The position numbers and the translations under genes are program-made. The notes beneath the pieces are model-generated. The model was not told the DNA's origin. It did not search any database and saw only the letters and a list, made by a program, of their open reading frames with translations. A DNA stretch of 16,502 bases from Thermoproteus sp. Lineage in GTDB: Archaea; Thermoproteota; Thermoprotei; Thermoproteales; Thermoproteaceae. Position 1 is the stretch's first letter. The number at the start of each line of letters is the position of its first letter. Below are positions 1 to 7,680 of the stretch, in pieces. Location of the stretch: positions 1 to 16,502 of the forward strand of contig JBMFIG010000032.1 of the NCBI GenBank assembly GCA_049976425.1, in the 5' to 3' direction.

Positions 1-121
1 GTCTGCCCGAGGAGATCCCCTCTTGGGCTGCTCACGCCGTGAGGTGAGGGTGAGCTGGCGGGATCCCAGCGCTCTGAGGCAGAGGAGTGAAGGCTACGCT
101 AGAGGCTATCGGCCCTACGTC

Positions 122-1024
122 CTAGACGTGGAGCTCTATGTAGAGGAGATCGGCGAGTTCGTTCAGAAGATCCCTTATGGGCGTCTCTGTCGACTCCGCC
201 GCCCTAGCCACGTCCTTTTGGGTCACCTCTATGCCTGATATAAAGCAGGCGAAGTACACGGCCACGGCAGCCAGCACCTGCGGCTTCCTGCCGTTTCTGA
301 TCCTCGGCGAGCGGATTATATAGCTCAAAAGATGCGCCGCGATCCTCTGCACCTGGGCCCCGAGCTCTCCGTCTAGGCCCAACGCAGAGACTATCCTCGG
401 TATGTAGACCCTAGGGTCGACCTTCGGCATCTTCTCGCCGGCCTGCGCCATGTAGCGCAGGAACTCCATGTAGGCCGACATGAACGCGCCTCTGTCAAGT
501 CCGGCCTTCTCCACCAAGGAGCGGTAGGTCACGGCGCCCACTCCGTGGCGCTTCACGGCGAAGTAGAGGGCCGCGGCGTAGCCCTCGCGCCTCGGCGATC
601 TGAAGCCCATCTCGTACGCCTTCTTGTACAGCGCCACCGCCTCGTCTATGATGGCTCTGGGGATGCCCAAGAGCTCGCGGAGGGAGTCGTAGAACTCCCT
701 CATGTCGATCTCCAGCCTCTCCGACGCCGACGTGATGGGCTTCGCCGCGCGTTTGAGCCTCAACGCCCTCAGCTTGTCGGATATCTTGACGACGCCCCGC
801 TCCACGTCGCCGAGCTCGGTCCCCGAGGTCCCCACGAAGGCCCTCGACGATTCCGGCCGCCGCCACTCGGGCCCCAGATCCACTATGCCCTCCCTAATGA
901 CCGTGCCGCACTCGGTACACACTATCACGCCCTGCTCGTAGTCCACGCGCACCTTATTCACGGCGCCGCAGTTGGGGCAGACGAGGTCCTGCTCGGCAAG
1001 CCCGGCCAAGATACGCCGGGTCAT
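122..1024 (-). CDS. tfb: Transcription initiation factor IIB (TFB)
   Basis: N-terminal Zn ribbon CPNC...CTECG, DLGPEWR B-reader start, two cyclin-like repeats, C-terminal GRKPQVLAA...VTQKDVARAA HTH. Confidence 0.95.
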   Translation of the reverse strand: MTRRILAGLAEQDLVCPNCGAVNKVRVDYEQGVIVCTECGTVIREGIVDLGPEWRRPESSRAFVGTSGTELGDVERGVVKISDKLRALRLKRAAKPITSASERLEIDMREFYDSLRELLGIPRAIIDEAVALYKKAYEMGFRSPRREGYAAALYFAVKRHGVGAVTYRSLVEKAGLDRGAFMSAYMEFLRYMAQAGEKMPKVDPRVYIPRIVSALGLDGELGAQVQRIAAHLLSYIIRSPRIRNGRKPQVLAAVAVYFACFISGIEVTQKDVARAAESTETPIRDLLNELADLLYIELHV

Positions 1025-1281
1025 GCCCCTCCGCGCCTCCTCTTCCTCTTCAGGTCGGCCTCATCTATATAGATCGCTTGGCCTATCACGGAGTTGTCTA
1101 TAGCCACGGGCTTGATCAAGCCGTAGGGCTCCTCGACGTTGCCTATCACGTCGTAGAGAACGCCAACTTTCTTCATGGTATACGTGTAGGTCGTAATATA
1201 CAATGGGGGGACTTGCGAAAGTTTTACAACAAGATTTTTTAGATTAGTATAGTGAAGAGCATAACCAATACGCCTAAGCAT
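1021..1281 (-). CDS. gar1: H/ACA RNP protein Gar1/Naf1 family
   Basis: VGVLYDVIGNVEEPY motif typical of archaeal Gar1; directly upstream of tfb with ATGA overlap. Start moved to ATG 1281 because a TTTAATAA box lies ~25 nt upstream. Confidence 0.85.
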   Translation of the reverse strand: MLRRIGYALHYTNLKNLVVKLSQVPPLYITTYTYTMKKVGVLYDVIGNVEEPYGLIKPVAIDNSVIGQAIYIDEADLKRKRRRGGA

Positions 1282-1297
1282 ATAGAGCCCGGATGAC

Positions 1298-1309
1298 TTA
1301 TTATTAAAG
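1298..1309 (-). promoter_or_regulatory. TATA box for leaderless gar1-tfb transcript
   Basis: Minus strand reads CTTTAATAATAA about 20-28 nt before ATG 1281. Confidence 0.6.
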
Positions 1310-1391
1310 GTTGGCCCCCTTACTCGGTATTCCGCGTGTCTTATCGGCCGCGTCCGGCCGGCGAGGGCCTCCAAGGCGGCGCCATGGCGTT

Positions 1392-1403
1392 AAAGCATTT
1401 ATA
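1392..1403 (+). promoter_or_regulatory. BRE/TATA for rps8e-srp19-GTPase operon
   Basis: AAAGCATTTATA about 20-30 nt upstream of GTG 1423. Confidence 0.6.
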
Positions 1404-1422
1404 CCCAAGAACACGACGTGCC

Positions 1423-1815
1423 GTGAAGTCGGCCGCCTTCTACCAAGGCAACGACTTGAGGAAGCCCACAGGCGGGGTCAAGGGCAGAGTGGCTAAGGTC
1501 AAACGCAAGGCGCTCTGCGGAGGCCCGCCGCGGGTCCCCCGCCTCGGCCCTCAGCTCGTCGAGGTGGAGAGGGTCACAGGCGGCAACGTCAAGGTGAGGC
1601 TGAGGTCTGTCCAATACGCCAACGTCTACAACCCCAAGGAGAAGAAGACCGTTAAGGCCAAGATAATCTCCGTGATATCGACGCCTTCCAATCCCGACTT
1701 CGCAAAGAAGGGGCAAATAGTCAGAGGCGCCGTGATCCAGACCGAGGTCGGGAGAGCCGTAGTCACATCTAGGCCTGGCCAAGACGGCGTAGTCAACGCC
1801 GTGCTTGTTGAATGA
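1423..1815 (+). CDS. rps8e: 30S ribosomal protein S8e
   Basis: KPTGG, RVTGGNVKVRL, IVRGAVIQTEVGRAVVTSRPGQDGVVNAVL signatures; start placed at GTG 1423 (MKSAAFYQG) from promoter spacing and expected length. Confidence 0.95.
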   Translation: MKSAAFYQGNDLRKPTGGVKGRVAKVKRKALCGGPPRVPRLGPQLVEVERVTGGNVKVRLRSVQYANVYNPKEKKTVKAKIISVISTPSNPDFAKKGQIVRGAVIQTEVGRAVVTSRPGQDGVVNAVLVE

Positions 1816-2105
1816 AGAAGAAGGAGGGGAGGGTACTCTGGCTGGTATACATAGACGCCACAGTTCCTAGATCCCTCGGCAGGATCCTCCCTAGACGTTT
1901 AGCAGTCCCCAAGCCCTCCATCGAGGAGGTCGCGAAGGCTCTGGAGAAGCTGGGCATAAAATACGAAGTTCACGGCGACAGGAAATACCCAGCGCTGTGG
2001 TACGACGAGAGGGGGCGGGGCTATTTAGTTGTGTATGCAGACGACGTAAGGGACGTGGCCAGGAGGGTCGCGGAAGAGATATCTAAGTCCAGATCTCGGG
2101 GGTAA
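1812..2105 (+). CDS. srp19: Signal recognition particle protein SRP19
   Basis: LWLVYIDATVPRSLGRILPRRLAVPKPSIEEV..A..KLG and KYP..W...G motifs; ATGA overlap with rps8e. Confidence 0.92.
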   Translation: MKKKEGRVLWLVYIDATVPRSLGRILPRRLAVPKPSIEEVAKALEKLGIKYEVHGDRKYPALWYDERGRGYLVVYADDVRDVARRVAEEISKSRSRG

Positions 2106-2854
2106 TGCTGGTCGTCTTCTTCATAGGGACTGCCGGTAGCGGGAAGTCGACTTTGGTCTCAGCCCTCTACAACTGGATGGACGAACAAGGTTACGACGTG
2201 GCCGTGGTCAACCTGGACCCGGCGGCCGAATATCTGCCGTATGTCCCAGACGTAGATATAAGGGAGAGGATAAACGCGCGCAAGATCATGAGGCAGTTCA
2301 GGCTGGGGCCCAACGCCTCCATAATAGCGTCTGTGGACATGGCCGTGGCGGAGGCCGACAGGATAAAGGAGGAGATGGGCGCCGTCGGCGCCCCCATCGT
2401 GCTCGTCGACACGCCGGGCCAGATGGAGCTGTTCGCCTTTAGGGAGAGCGGATCGTATCTCGTCAAGCGTCTGTCAGACACCCACAACGTCGTGGTCTAC
2501 GTGGGCGACGCCACCTACATGCAGAGCCCTGAGGGCTTCGCCACGACGGCCCTCCTCGCCCTCTCCAGCAGGATCAGGTTCAAACTGCCCCAGATAGTCG
2601 CCGTGAACAAGATAGATCTGCTCACGGAGGATCAGCTGGACAGGATATCCATGTGGGCCAGCGACTCGGAGGCCCTCGCAGACCTCCTCGAGTCGGCGCC
2701 GCTCGGCCGGGAGCTGTTGAGGGCCTCTCTGGGCCTGGGAGGCATAGGCGACTTGGTCTTCGTCTCGGCGCTTAACGGCACAGGCCTCGACAAGCTCTAT
2801 TACGCCATACAGCTCCACTACACCGGAGGGGAAGACCAACAGATGCCTCCATAG
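2105..2854 (+). CDS. GPN-loop GTPase
   Basis: GTAGSGKST P-loop, NLDPA, LGPNA loop, DTPGQMELF, NKID. Confidence 0.93.
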   Translation: MLVVFFIGTAGSGKSTLVSALYNWMDEQGYDVAVVNLDPAAEYLPYVPDVDIRERINARKIMRQFRLGPNASIIASVDMAVAEADRIKEEMGAVGAPIVLVDTPGQMELFAFRESGSYLVKRLSDTHNVVVYVGDATYMQSPEGFATTALLALSSRIRFKLPQIVAVNKIDLLTEDQLDRISMWASDSEALADLLESAPLGRELLRASLGLGGIGDLVFVSALNGTGLDKLYYAIQLHYTGGEDQQMPP

Positions 2855-2960
2855 CGTAAAAGCCTCCAGGGGCCGACTTTCGTTGATCGGGACCGGAGAC
2901 CTCGGACAGTCGTGCCTGGTACTGTCTATGCTTGAGGGCTCGCGGCCGGCGCCTACAATG

Positions 2961-2968
2961 TTTTTAAA
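2961..2968 (+). promoter_or_regulatory. TATA box for rpl21e
   Basis: TTTTTAAA 21-28 nt before ATG 2989. Confidence 0.65.
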
Positions 2969-2988
2969 TTATGCCGAGTTGTCGGGGC

Positions 2989-3288
2989 ATGCCGAAGAGG
3001 ACCCACGGCTATAGGTACAAGAGCAGAAAGCTGTTGACGAAGAAGCCGAGGGAGAAGGGGCTAGGCGGCTTGTCCCGGCTAATGTACGAGTACAAGGAGG
3101 GCGATAAGGTCGTCATAGATATAGACCCCACCTTCATAAAGTCGGCCCCTCACAGGAGGTATCAAGGCAGAGTGGGCGTGGTGGTCGGGAGGCAGGGAGA
3201 CGCCTACGTAGTGCTTGTTGAGGTGGGGTCGAAGACCAAGAAACTAGTAGTCACTCCGGAACACCTAGTCCCTCTAAGAAGCGCGTAG
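2989..3288 (+). CDS. rpl21e: 50S ribosomal protein L21e
   Basis: HGYRYKSRKLL, GDKVVIDIDP, PHRRYQGRVGVV, PEHL; start at MPKRTHG. Confidence 0.96.
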   Translation: MPKRTHGYRYKSRKLLTKKPREKGLGGLSRLMYEYKEGDKVVIDIDPTFIKSAPHRRYQGRVGVVVGRQGDAYVVLVEVGSKTKKLVVTPEHLVPLRSA

Positions 3289-3368
3289 CGGCTCTATTGG
3301 GGCGCGTCCGCCGGCCCGACGGCCGCCGTATCCTATGGAGACTTTAAAACCCCTTCGTAATGCGGTAC

Positions 3369-3701
3369 GTGAGCGTGAAGAGGATAAGGAGGTCGGAGGA
3401 TGTCACAAACGCCAAGGCGTTGGAGGTGCTTAGGAGCTTCTCGCAGAGCTTCGAGCTGAACGACGTCCAGAGGAAGACCATAGACTTCCTGGAGAAGGTG
3501 GTGGCGATTCCGGCGGACTCGGCCGAGGCGAAGGTCAACGAGCTGATCTCGCGTTTCGGGTTCGCGAGGATCACGGCGATACAGCTGGTCAACTTAATGC
3601 CGGAGGACGTCGACGAGTTGAAATACCTACTGCAGATGTTGGAGCGCCGCGAGTTCTCCGACGACGAGGTCAAGGAGATGTTGAAGATCTTGCGGTCATG
3701 A
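3369..3701 (+). CDS. rpo4: RNA polymerase subunit Rpo4 (RpoF)
   Basis: QRKTIDFLEK, AIQLVNLMPEDVDELK pattern; conserved rpl21e-rpoF-DUF655 order. GTG 3369 preferred over ATG 3360 given TTTAAAA at 3343-3349. Confidence 0.88.
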   Translation: MSVKRIRRSEDVTNAKALEVLRSFSQSFELNDVQRKTIDFLEKVVAIPADSAEAKVNELISRFGFARITAIQLVNLMPEDVDELKYLLQMLERREFSDDEVKEMLKILRS

Positions 3702-4282
3702 AGAAAAGGGAGGACTACGGCTATGTCCTCGACATAATACCGCCGGAGCTGGCGGCGTACAAGCTCCCGGCCAGAATCAGGCGGGAGTTCCCCAGAGACT
3801 CCACCTACGCGCACGTACTCGGCGAGGACCGCTTCACGCTTCTCGAGGTCACGTTAAAGCCCGGCGTCAAGGTCGAGGTGGGGGAAAGAGTCTACATAGG
3901 CGTAGGCCAGCGGGATAAGGTCGACAAGATAGTGCGCAGGATAAAGTTCGAGGATCTCCAGCCGCCGGCCAGAGAGGTGCTAGTCCAGCTCGTGAGGCAG
4001 ATAGTGCAGTCCCAAGAGCAGAAGTACGTGGACTGGTTCAACAAGGCGGGTCCCCTTACCCTGAAGATGCACTCGCTGGAGCTCCTCCAGGGGATAGGCA
4101 AGAAGAAGGTCCAGGAGATATTGGCCGAGAGGAGGAAGAAGCCGTTCGAGAGCTACGAGGACATAAGGAAGCGGGTTGGCGTGGATCCCGTGGAGTTGCT
4201 GGTCGGCAGAATAATGGCTGAGATACAGGGCAAAGACCCCTACTATATATTCGTCGCCCCTCCCCCCTCGGAGGCTACTTAA
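3698..4282 (+). CDS. DUF655 family predicted RNA-binding protein
   Basis: [40 protein letters not shown] (HhH), KPFESYEDI; usual neighbour of rpoF. Confidence 0.9.
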   Translation: MKKREDYGYVLDIIPPELAAYKLPARIRREFPRDSTYAHVLGEDRFTLLEVTLKPGVKVEVGERVYIGVGQRDKVDKIVRRIKFEDLQPPAREVLVQLVRQIVQSQEQKYVDWFNKAGPLTLKMHSLELLQGIGKKKVQEILAERRKKPFESYEDIRKRVGVDPVELLVGRIMAEIQGKDPYYIFVAPPPSEAT

Positions 4283-4673
4283 CCCTCGTGATCTTGTAGC
4301 GGTCCAAGATCTGCCAGACCTCCACCTCGACGCCTGAGGCCAGCTTGCCCTTGGCCTCCTCCTCCACGTACTTCATCGGCACTTCGAGGGTCTTGTAGTC
4401 CCGCATATCCATCAGCTGGATGGTGTCGCCGGATATTGCCAGGACTTGGGCCGTGAACTTCTCTATTATGGGGACCTCCACCTGCGTGTCGACGGGCACG
4501 CTGAGAGTCCTCTTGACGTTGTCGAAAAGCCCGACGGCGACGACCCTCGCCTTGGCGGATCCGTGTTTCCCCGTCTTCGACTTCTCTATCTCGACGACTC
4601 GGCAAGGCTCCCCGTCTATTACTATGTACGAGCCCTCCTTCAACTCGCCAACTTCTACATACTTAGTGCTCAT
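4275..4673 (-). CDS. eif5a: Translation factor aIF-5A
   Basis: Hypusination motif [11 protein letters not shown]; [10 protein letters not shown]. Confidence 0.97.
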   Translation of the reverse strand: MSTKYVEVGELKEGSYIVIDGEPCRVVEIEKSKTGKHGSAKARVVAVGLFDNVKRTLSVPVDTQVEVPIIEKFTAQVLAISGDTIQLMDMRDYKTLEVPMKYVEEEAKGKLASGVEVEVWQILDRYKITRVK

Positions 4674-4777
4674 AGAAGCCGTTGAAGGTACAGTTTAAGA
4701 ATATAACGCTCGACGGCCTCGCCTTCGCGCGGGCTGTCTCCAGCGGTTCAACTTATGCTCTGGTTCCTAGGCAAGCT

Positions 4778-5509
4778 TTACTGAGGCCGGCGCTCACGGG
4801 CGGCCGTCCGCCGCTTCAAGACGACGAGCTCCAGCTTCCTCCCGTCGCATGTCTGCAGAAGCAACGTGCTCTTCACGTCGTATTTCTTGACGAGCTCGGC
4901 CAGCTCGTCCTCGTCCCTCACGGCCTTTATCCTGAACGCGCCGTAGTCCACGTCCACAAGGCCGCAGGCGAGGCAGGAGCCCAAGGCCTTGTCTATGGCG
5001 TTGGAGGCGCAGATGTACCTGGCCTCGTGGACCACCGAGCTCAGCTTCTCCACGTCGTCTAGGACGGGGTTGAAGGCCACCGCCACCAGCTTGGCGTTGG
5101 GGATCGTGCCGTTGAAGCGCTCGAGCCTCCTCGCGTAGGCCTCAACCCTCTTGGGGTCCACCGAGTCGGTATAGAGGACGACATCGGCATTGGAGAGGAT
5201 TTTCACTGCGTCGGGCGTCAGATCTCCGCTGACGTCGACGAGATAGAGGCCCTCCAGCTCGGGCGCCGGGTAGAGCTTGTTGAGCAGAACCCTGTGGAGG
5301 AACTTCCTGCCCCTCGAGGGATCCATGACGCTGATTATGTAGCCGAGCTCGCGGAGCTTGACCAACGCCGATCTCAACGTCCTGGTCGAAAGGCCGGTGC
5401 CCCTCCTCAGATCGTCGAAGGTTAGCCAGACCCGCGAGTTGTATAGAGCTTCGAAGGCCATGTAGTACAGCACCAGCCGCTGGGCTGGGGTCAGCTCACC
5501 TCCCGACAT
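4778..5509 (-). CDS. Winged-helix DNA-binding protein fused to degenerate tetrapyrrole-methylase-like domain
   Basis: LTPAQRLVLYY...LTFDDLRRGTGLSTRTLRSALVKLRELGYI wHTH; then LYLVDVSGDLTPDAVKILSNADVVLYTDSV resembling the N-terminus of TP-methylases. Start ATG 5509 overlaps the upstream gene end. Confidence 0.7.
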   Translation of the reverse strand: MSGGELTPAQRLVLYYMAFEALYNSRVWLTFDDLRRGTGLSTRTLRSALVKLRELGYIISVMDPSRGRKFLHRVLLNKLYPAPELEGLYLVDVSGDLTPDAVKILSNADVVLYTDSVDPKRVEAYARRLERFNGTIPNAKLVAVAFNPVLDDVEKLSSVVHEARYICASNAIDKALGSCLACGLVDVDYGAFRIKAVRDEDELAELVKKYDVKSTLLLQTCDGRKLELVVLKRRTAARERRPQ

Positions 5510-6233
5510 AGCCGCACACAGGGCAGTTCTCGTCCCTCTCAACCCGTATCTCGTCGAAGGCCATGTGTTTGAGGTCGACGACCAGCAACTTGCCGGCTAG
5601 CGACGGCGAGCCGAGAGCCGTCCTGAAGACCTCCAGAGCCATTATCGACGCCACGAGGCCTACGACGGGGCCCAGCACGGGGCAGAACCCCTGGGCGCAG
5701 GAGGGGAGCGACTTGAGCCGGCCGAAGAGGTCCTCGAGGCAGGGAGTGACGCCGGGGATTACCGTGGTGACGTGGCCGTACCACTCCTGCACCGCGCCGT
5801 GCACCAACGGCTTGCGGGCCCCCACCGCCGCTCTGTTGACCACGTGCCTCGTTGCCCAGTTGTCCAAGGCATCGACCAGCACGTCGGCCTTCGCGGCCAG
5901 CTCCGAGGCGAGGGACGGGCTTATCTCCTCGGCCACAGGCTCCACCTCGACCTCGGGGTTTATGTCCCTGAGGCGCCTCGCGGCGGCCTCAGCCTTGAGG
6001 GCGCCAACGTCTGATGTGGAGTAGAGGACTTGTCTGTGTAGGTCCGGCAACGACACCTTGTCCGAGTCGACGAGGTAGAGCCTCCCGAAGCCGCCGGCCG
6101 CGAGGTAGTACGCCACGTGGGTCCCCAGCCCGCCGACGCCGAAGACCGCGACGGACGTCCGCCTCAACCTCCTCTGGCCCTCCTCGCCTATAACGGCGAT
6201 CTGTCTGCTGTATCTGTCAAATATTCTCAACAC
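5496..6233 (-). CDS. ThiF/MoeB/UbaA family E1-like adenylyltransferase
   Basis: RYSRQ, GVGGLG, DKVSLPDLHRQ, DALDNWATR, C-terminal CPVCG. Confidence 0.93.
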   Translation of the reverse strand: MLRIFDRYSRQIAVIGEEGQRRLRRTSVAVFGVGGLGTHVAYYLAAGGFGRLYLVDSDKVSLPDLHRQVLYSTSDVGALKAEAAARRLRDINPEVEVEPVAEEISPSLASELAAKADVLVDALDNWATRHVVNRAAVGARKPLVHGAVQEWYGHVTTVIPGVTPCLEDLFGRLKSLPSCAQGFCPVLGPVVGLVASIMALEVFRTALGSPSLAGKLLVVDLKHMAFDEIRVERDENCPVCGYVGR

Positions 6234-6248
6234 AGACGACTAAGCCGG

Positions 6249-7424
6249 TCAATATATAAGCGCTACAGCGCCCGAGAGGGCCAGCAGAGCCAAGGCGGCC
6301 CAATACGCCTTGCAGTAGGCGCCGCCGCAAGCCAAATCGCCCATGACGTCTCTGTCCATGGCCAGAAGGCCCAGCAGGACGCCGGGAACCACCAACACCA
6401 GAGGCGTGACGGCCATGAGCTCCAGCGCGATCTCGGCGGCCTTGTTGCCGGGCATCAACATGACGGCCGCCAGCGCCGGCAGAGGCTCGAGCGCGTAGAC
6501 TAAGTCGCGCCGAGATCTGTCCCTGATGCCGAGGGCCTCGACGGCCCCCCACACGCTCGCCAGCGCGATCACCACGTAGGCGAGGAACGAGGCCGCTATG
6601 AGCCCGACGCCGAAGACGTAGGGCGAGTAGGGCCCCGCCACGCGGGACAACGCCGACGCCAGCTGTGCGGGGCTCATGGGATCGGCCCCGTCGAGGCCGG
6701 CGGACGCTACCATTATGGCCGACATCAATATCTGCGAGGCGATCGCGCCCGCGAGGGTCTCCCGCGAAGCCCACGACGCCTTGGCCCGCTCGTCGCCGTC
6801 CGACGACGCGTATTTCCGCGAGGTGGCGGAAGCTTGGTAGAACAACATAAACGGCATAACGACGGCGCCTACGTTGGCCGCCACCATGAAGAGGAACCGG
6901 CGGTCGGCCGACACGTACAGAAGAGGGCTGGACGGATCGTAGCCCCTTATCGCGGCCTCGGCGATGAAGGCCAGAGGCATGAGGAGGGCTATGGGGAGTA
7001 TATAGCGCTCCGCCTCCCTATAGCGCTTGCCCGCCACGGCCAGCAAGGCCGCGCCGTACAGGGCCACGAGGACCAGCTTGGGGAGGCCGAGCATCGCAGC
7101 TCCGACGGCCATCCCCGTGAACTCCACGGCGTATGAGAACATATCCACGAAGAACATAGGCATGGCGGCCGCAAGAGCCCACCTGGACCCGAACCTCTCC
7201 CTGACCAGCTCGCCGAGCCCTCTGCCGCGTCCCGCAACGCCGACACGCCCAGCGACGTTCTGTATAAGGAACAGCGGGATCGTCAGGAGGGCCATCAGCC
7301 AGAGGAGGCCGTAGCCGTAGGTCTCGCCGGAAACCACCGCGGTCAGCACGCTGGCCGCGTCGACGTCTGCCATCATGGCTATCCAGGCCGGGCCGAAGAG
7401 CTCCAAGAGCCTCCGCCTATCCAC
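6249..7424 (-). CDS. NRAMP (SLC11) family divalent metal transporter, atypical motifs
   Basis: Many TM segments; GPAWIAMMADVDAAS, GETYGYGLLW, GLGELVRERFG, NVGAVVMPFMLFYQ. Confidence 0.9.
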   Translation of the reverse strand: MDRRRLLELFGPAWIAMMADVDAASVLTAVVSGETYGYGLLWLMALLTIPLFLIQNVAGRVGVAGRGRGLGELVRERFGSRWALAAAMPMFFVDMFSYAVEFTGMAVGAAMLGLPKLVLVALYGAALLAVAGKRYREAERYILPIALLMPLAFIAEAAIRGYDPSSPLLYVSADRRFLFMVAANVGAVVMPFMLFYQASATSRKYASSDGDERAKASWASRETLAGAIASQILMSAIMVASAGLDGADPMSPAQLASALSRVAGPYSPYVFGVGLIAASFLAYVVIALASVWGAVEALGIRDRSRRDLVYALEPLPALAAVMLMPGNKAAEIALELMAVTPLVLVVPGVLLGLLAMDRDVMGDLACGGAYCKAYWAALALLALSGAVALIY

Positions 7425-7440
7425 GTATTAACATCGTTTA

Positions 7441-7452
7441 TTATTTTTAAGT
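7441..7452 (-). promoter_or_regulatory. TATA box for NRAMP-ThiF-wHTH operon
   Basis: Minus strand ACTTAAAAATAA about 17-28 nt before GTG 7424. Confidence 0.55.
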
Positions 7453-7558
7453 ATAGTCCCGCGGCCCGAGCCTCAAAAACTCGGCGATTAATTTACTTAG
7501 TTAATAGTTCTATGACAAAAACGGTTTCGATAACGTCAGAAATCAGACCTCCGCCAAG

Positions 7559-7565
7559 TTTAAAA
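7559..7565 (+). promoter_or_regulatory. TATA box of C/D sRNA
   Basis: CCAAG-TTTAAAA located 22-28 nt before the C box at 7587. Confidence 0.65.
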
Positions 7566-7583
7566 CCCTCCACGTCGGAGACC

Positions 7584-7640
7584 GCGGTGATGACTGGGAG
7601 ACCTCGCCCGTAGCATGCGGAATTTGCCGAGTGCTGAACT
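7584..7640 (+). ncRNA. Box C/D 2'-O-methylation guide sRNA (23S rRNA)
   Basis: C box GTGATGA 7587-7593, guide CTGGGAGACCTC, degenerate D', C'-like ATGCGGA 7615-7621, 12-nt guide ATTTGCCGAGTG, D box CTGA 7634-7637; D guide complementary to the archaeal 23S stretch ACUCGGCAAAU as recalled. Confidence 0.85.
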
Positions 7641-7680
7641 TGTTAAATTGGTCCGCGATTTCCTTAACTCCGCTCTGTCT

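Noticed and set aside
31-43. CTCAC-GCC-GTGAG resembling the ABC-module palindrome
   Set aside because: Spacer is 3 nt instead of 5 and there is no adjacent TATA box.
1-121. GTGAG repeats, a small hairpin and CTGA suggesting an sRNA, or a gene end (frame 3 LPEEIPSWAAHAVR-stop at 47)
   Set aside because: No proper C box at the right spacing and no SRP, RNase P or tRNA motifs; truncated context prevents a call.
1282-1422. N-terminal extensions of gar1 (to 1374) and rps8e (from 1336) in the ORF track
   Set aside because: They overlap each other and run through the TATA boxes; the shorter starts fit leaderless promoter spacing.
2871-2886. GGCCGACTTTCG-TTGA as a possible C/D guide plus D' box
   Set aside because: No C box upstream and no terminal D box at a suitable distance.
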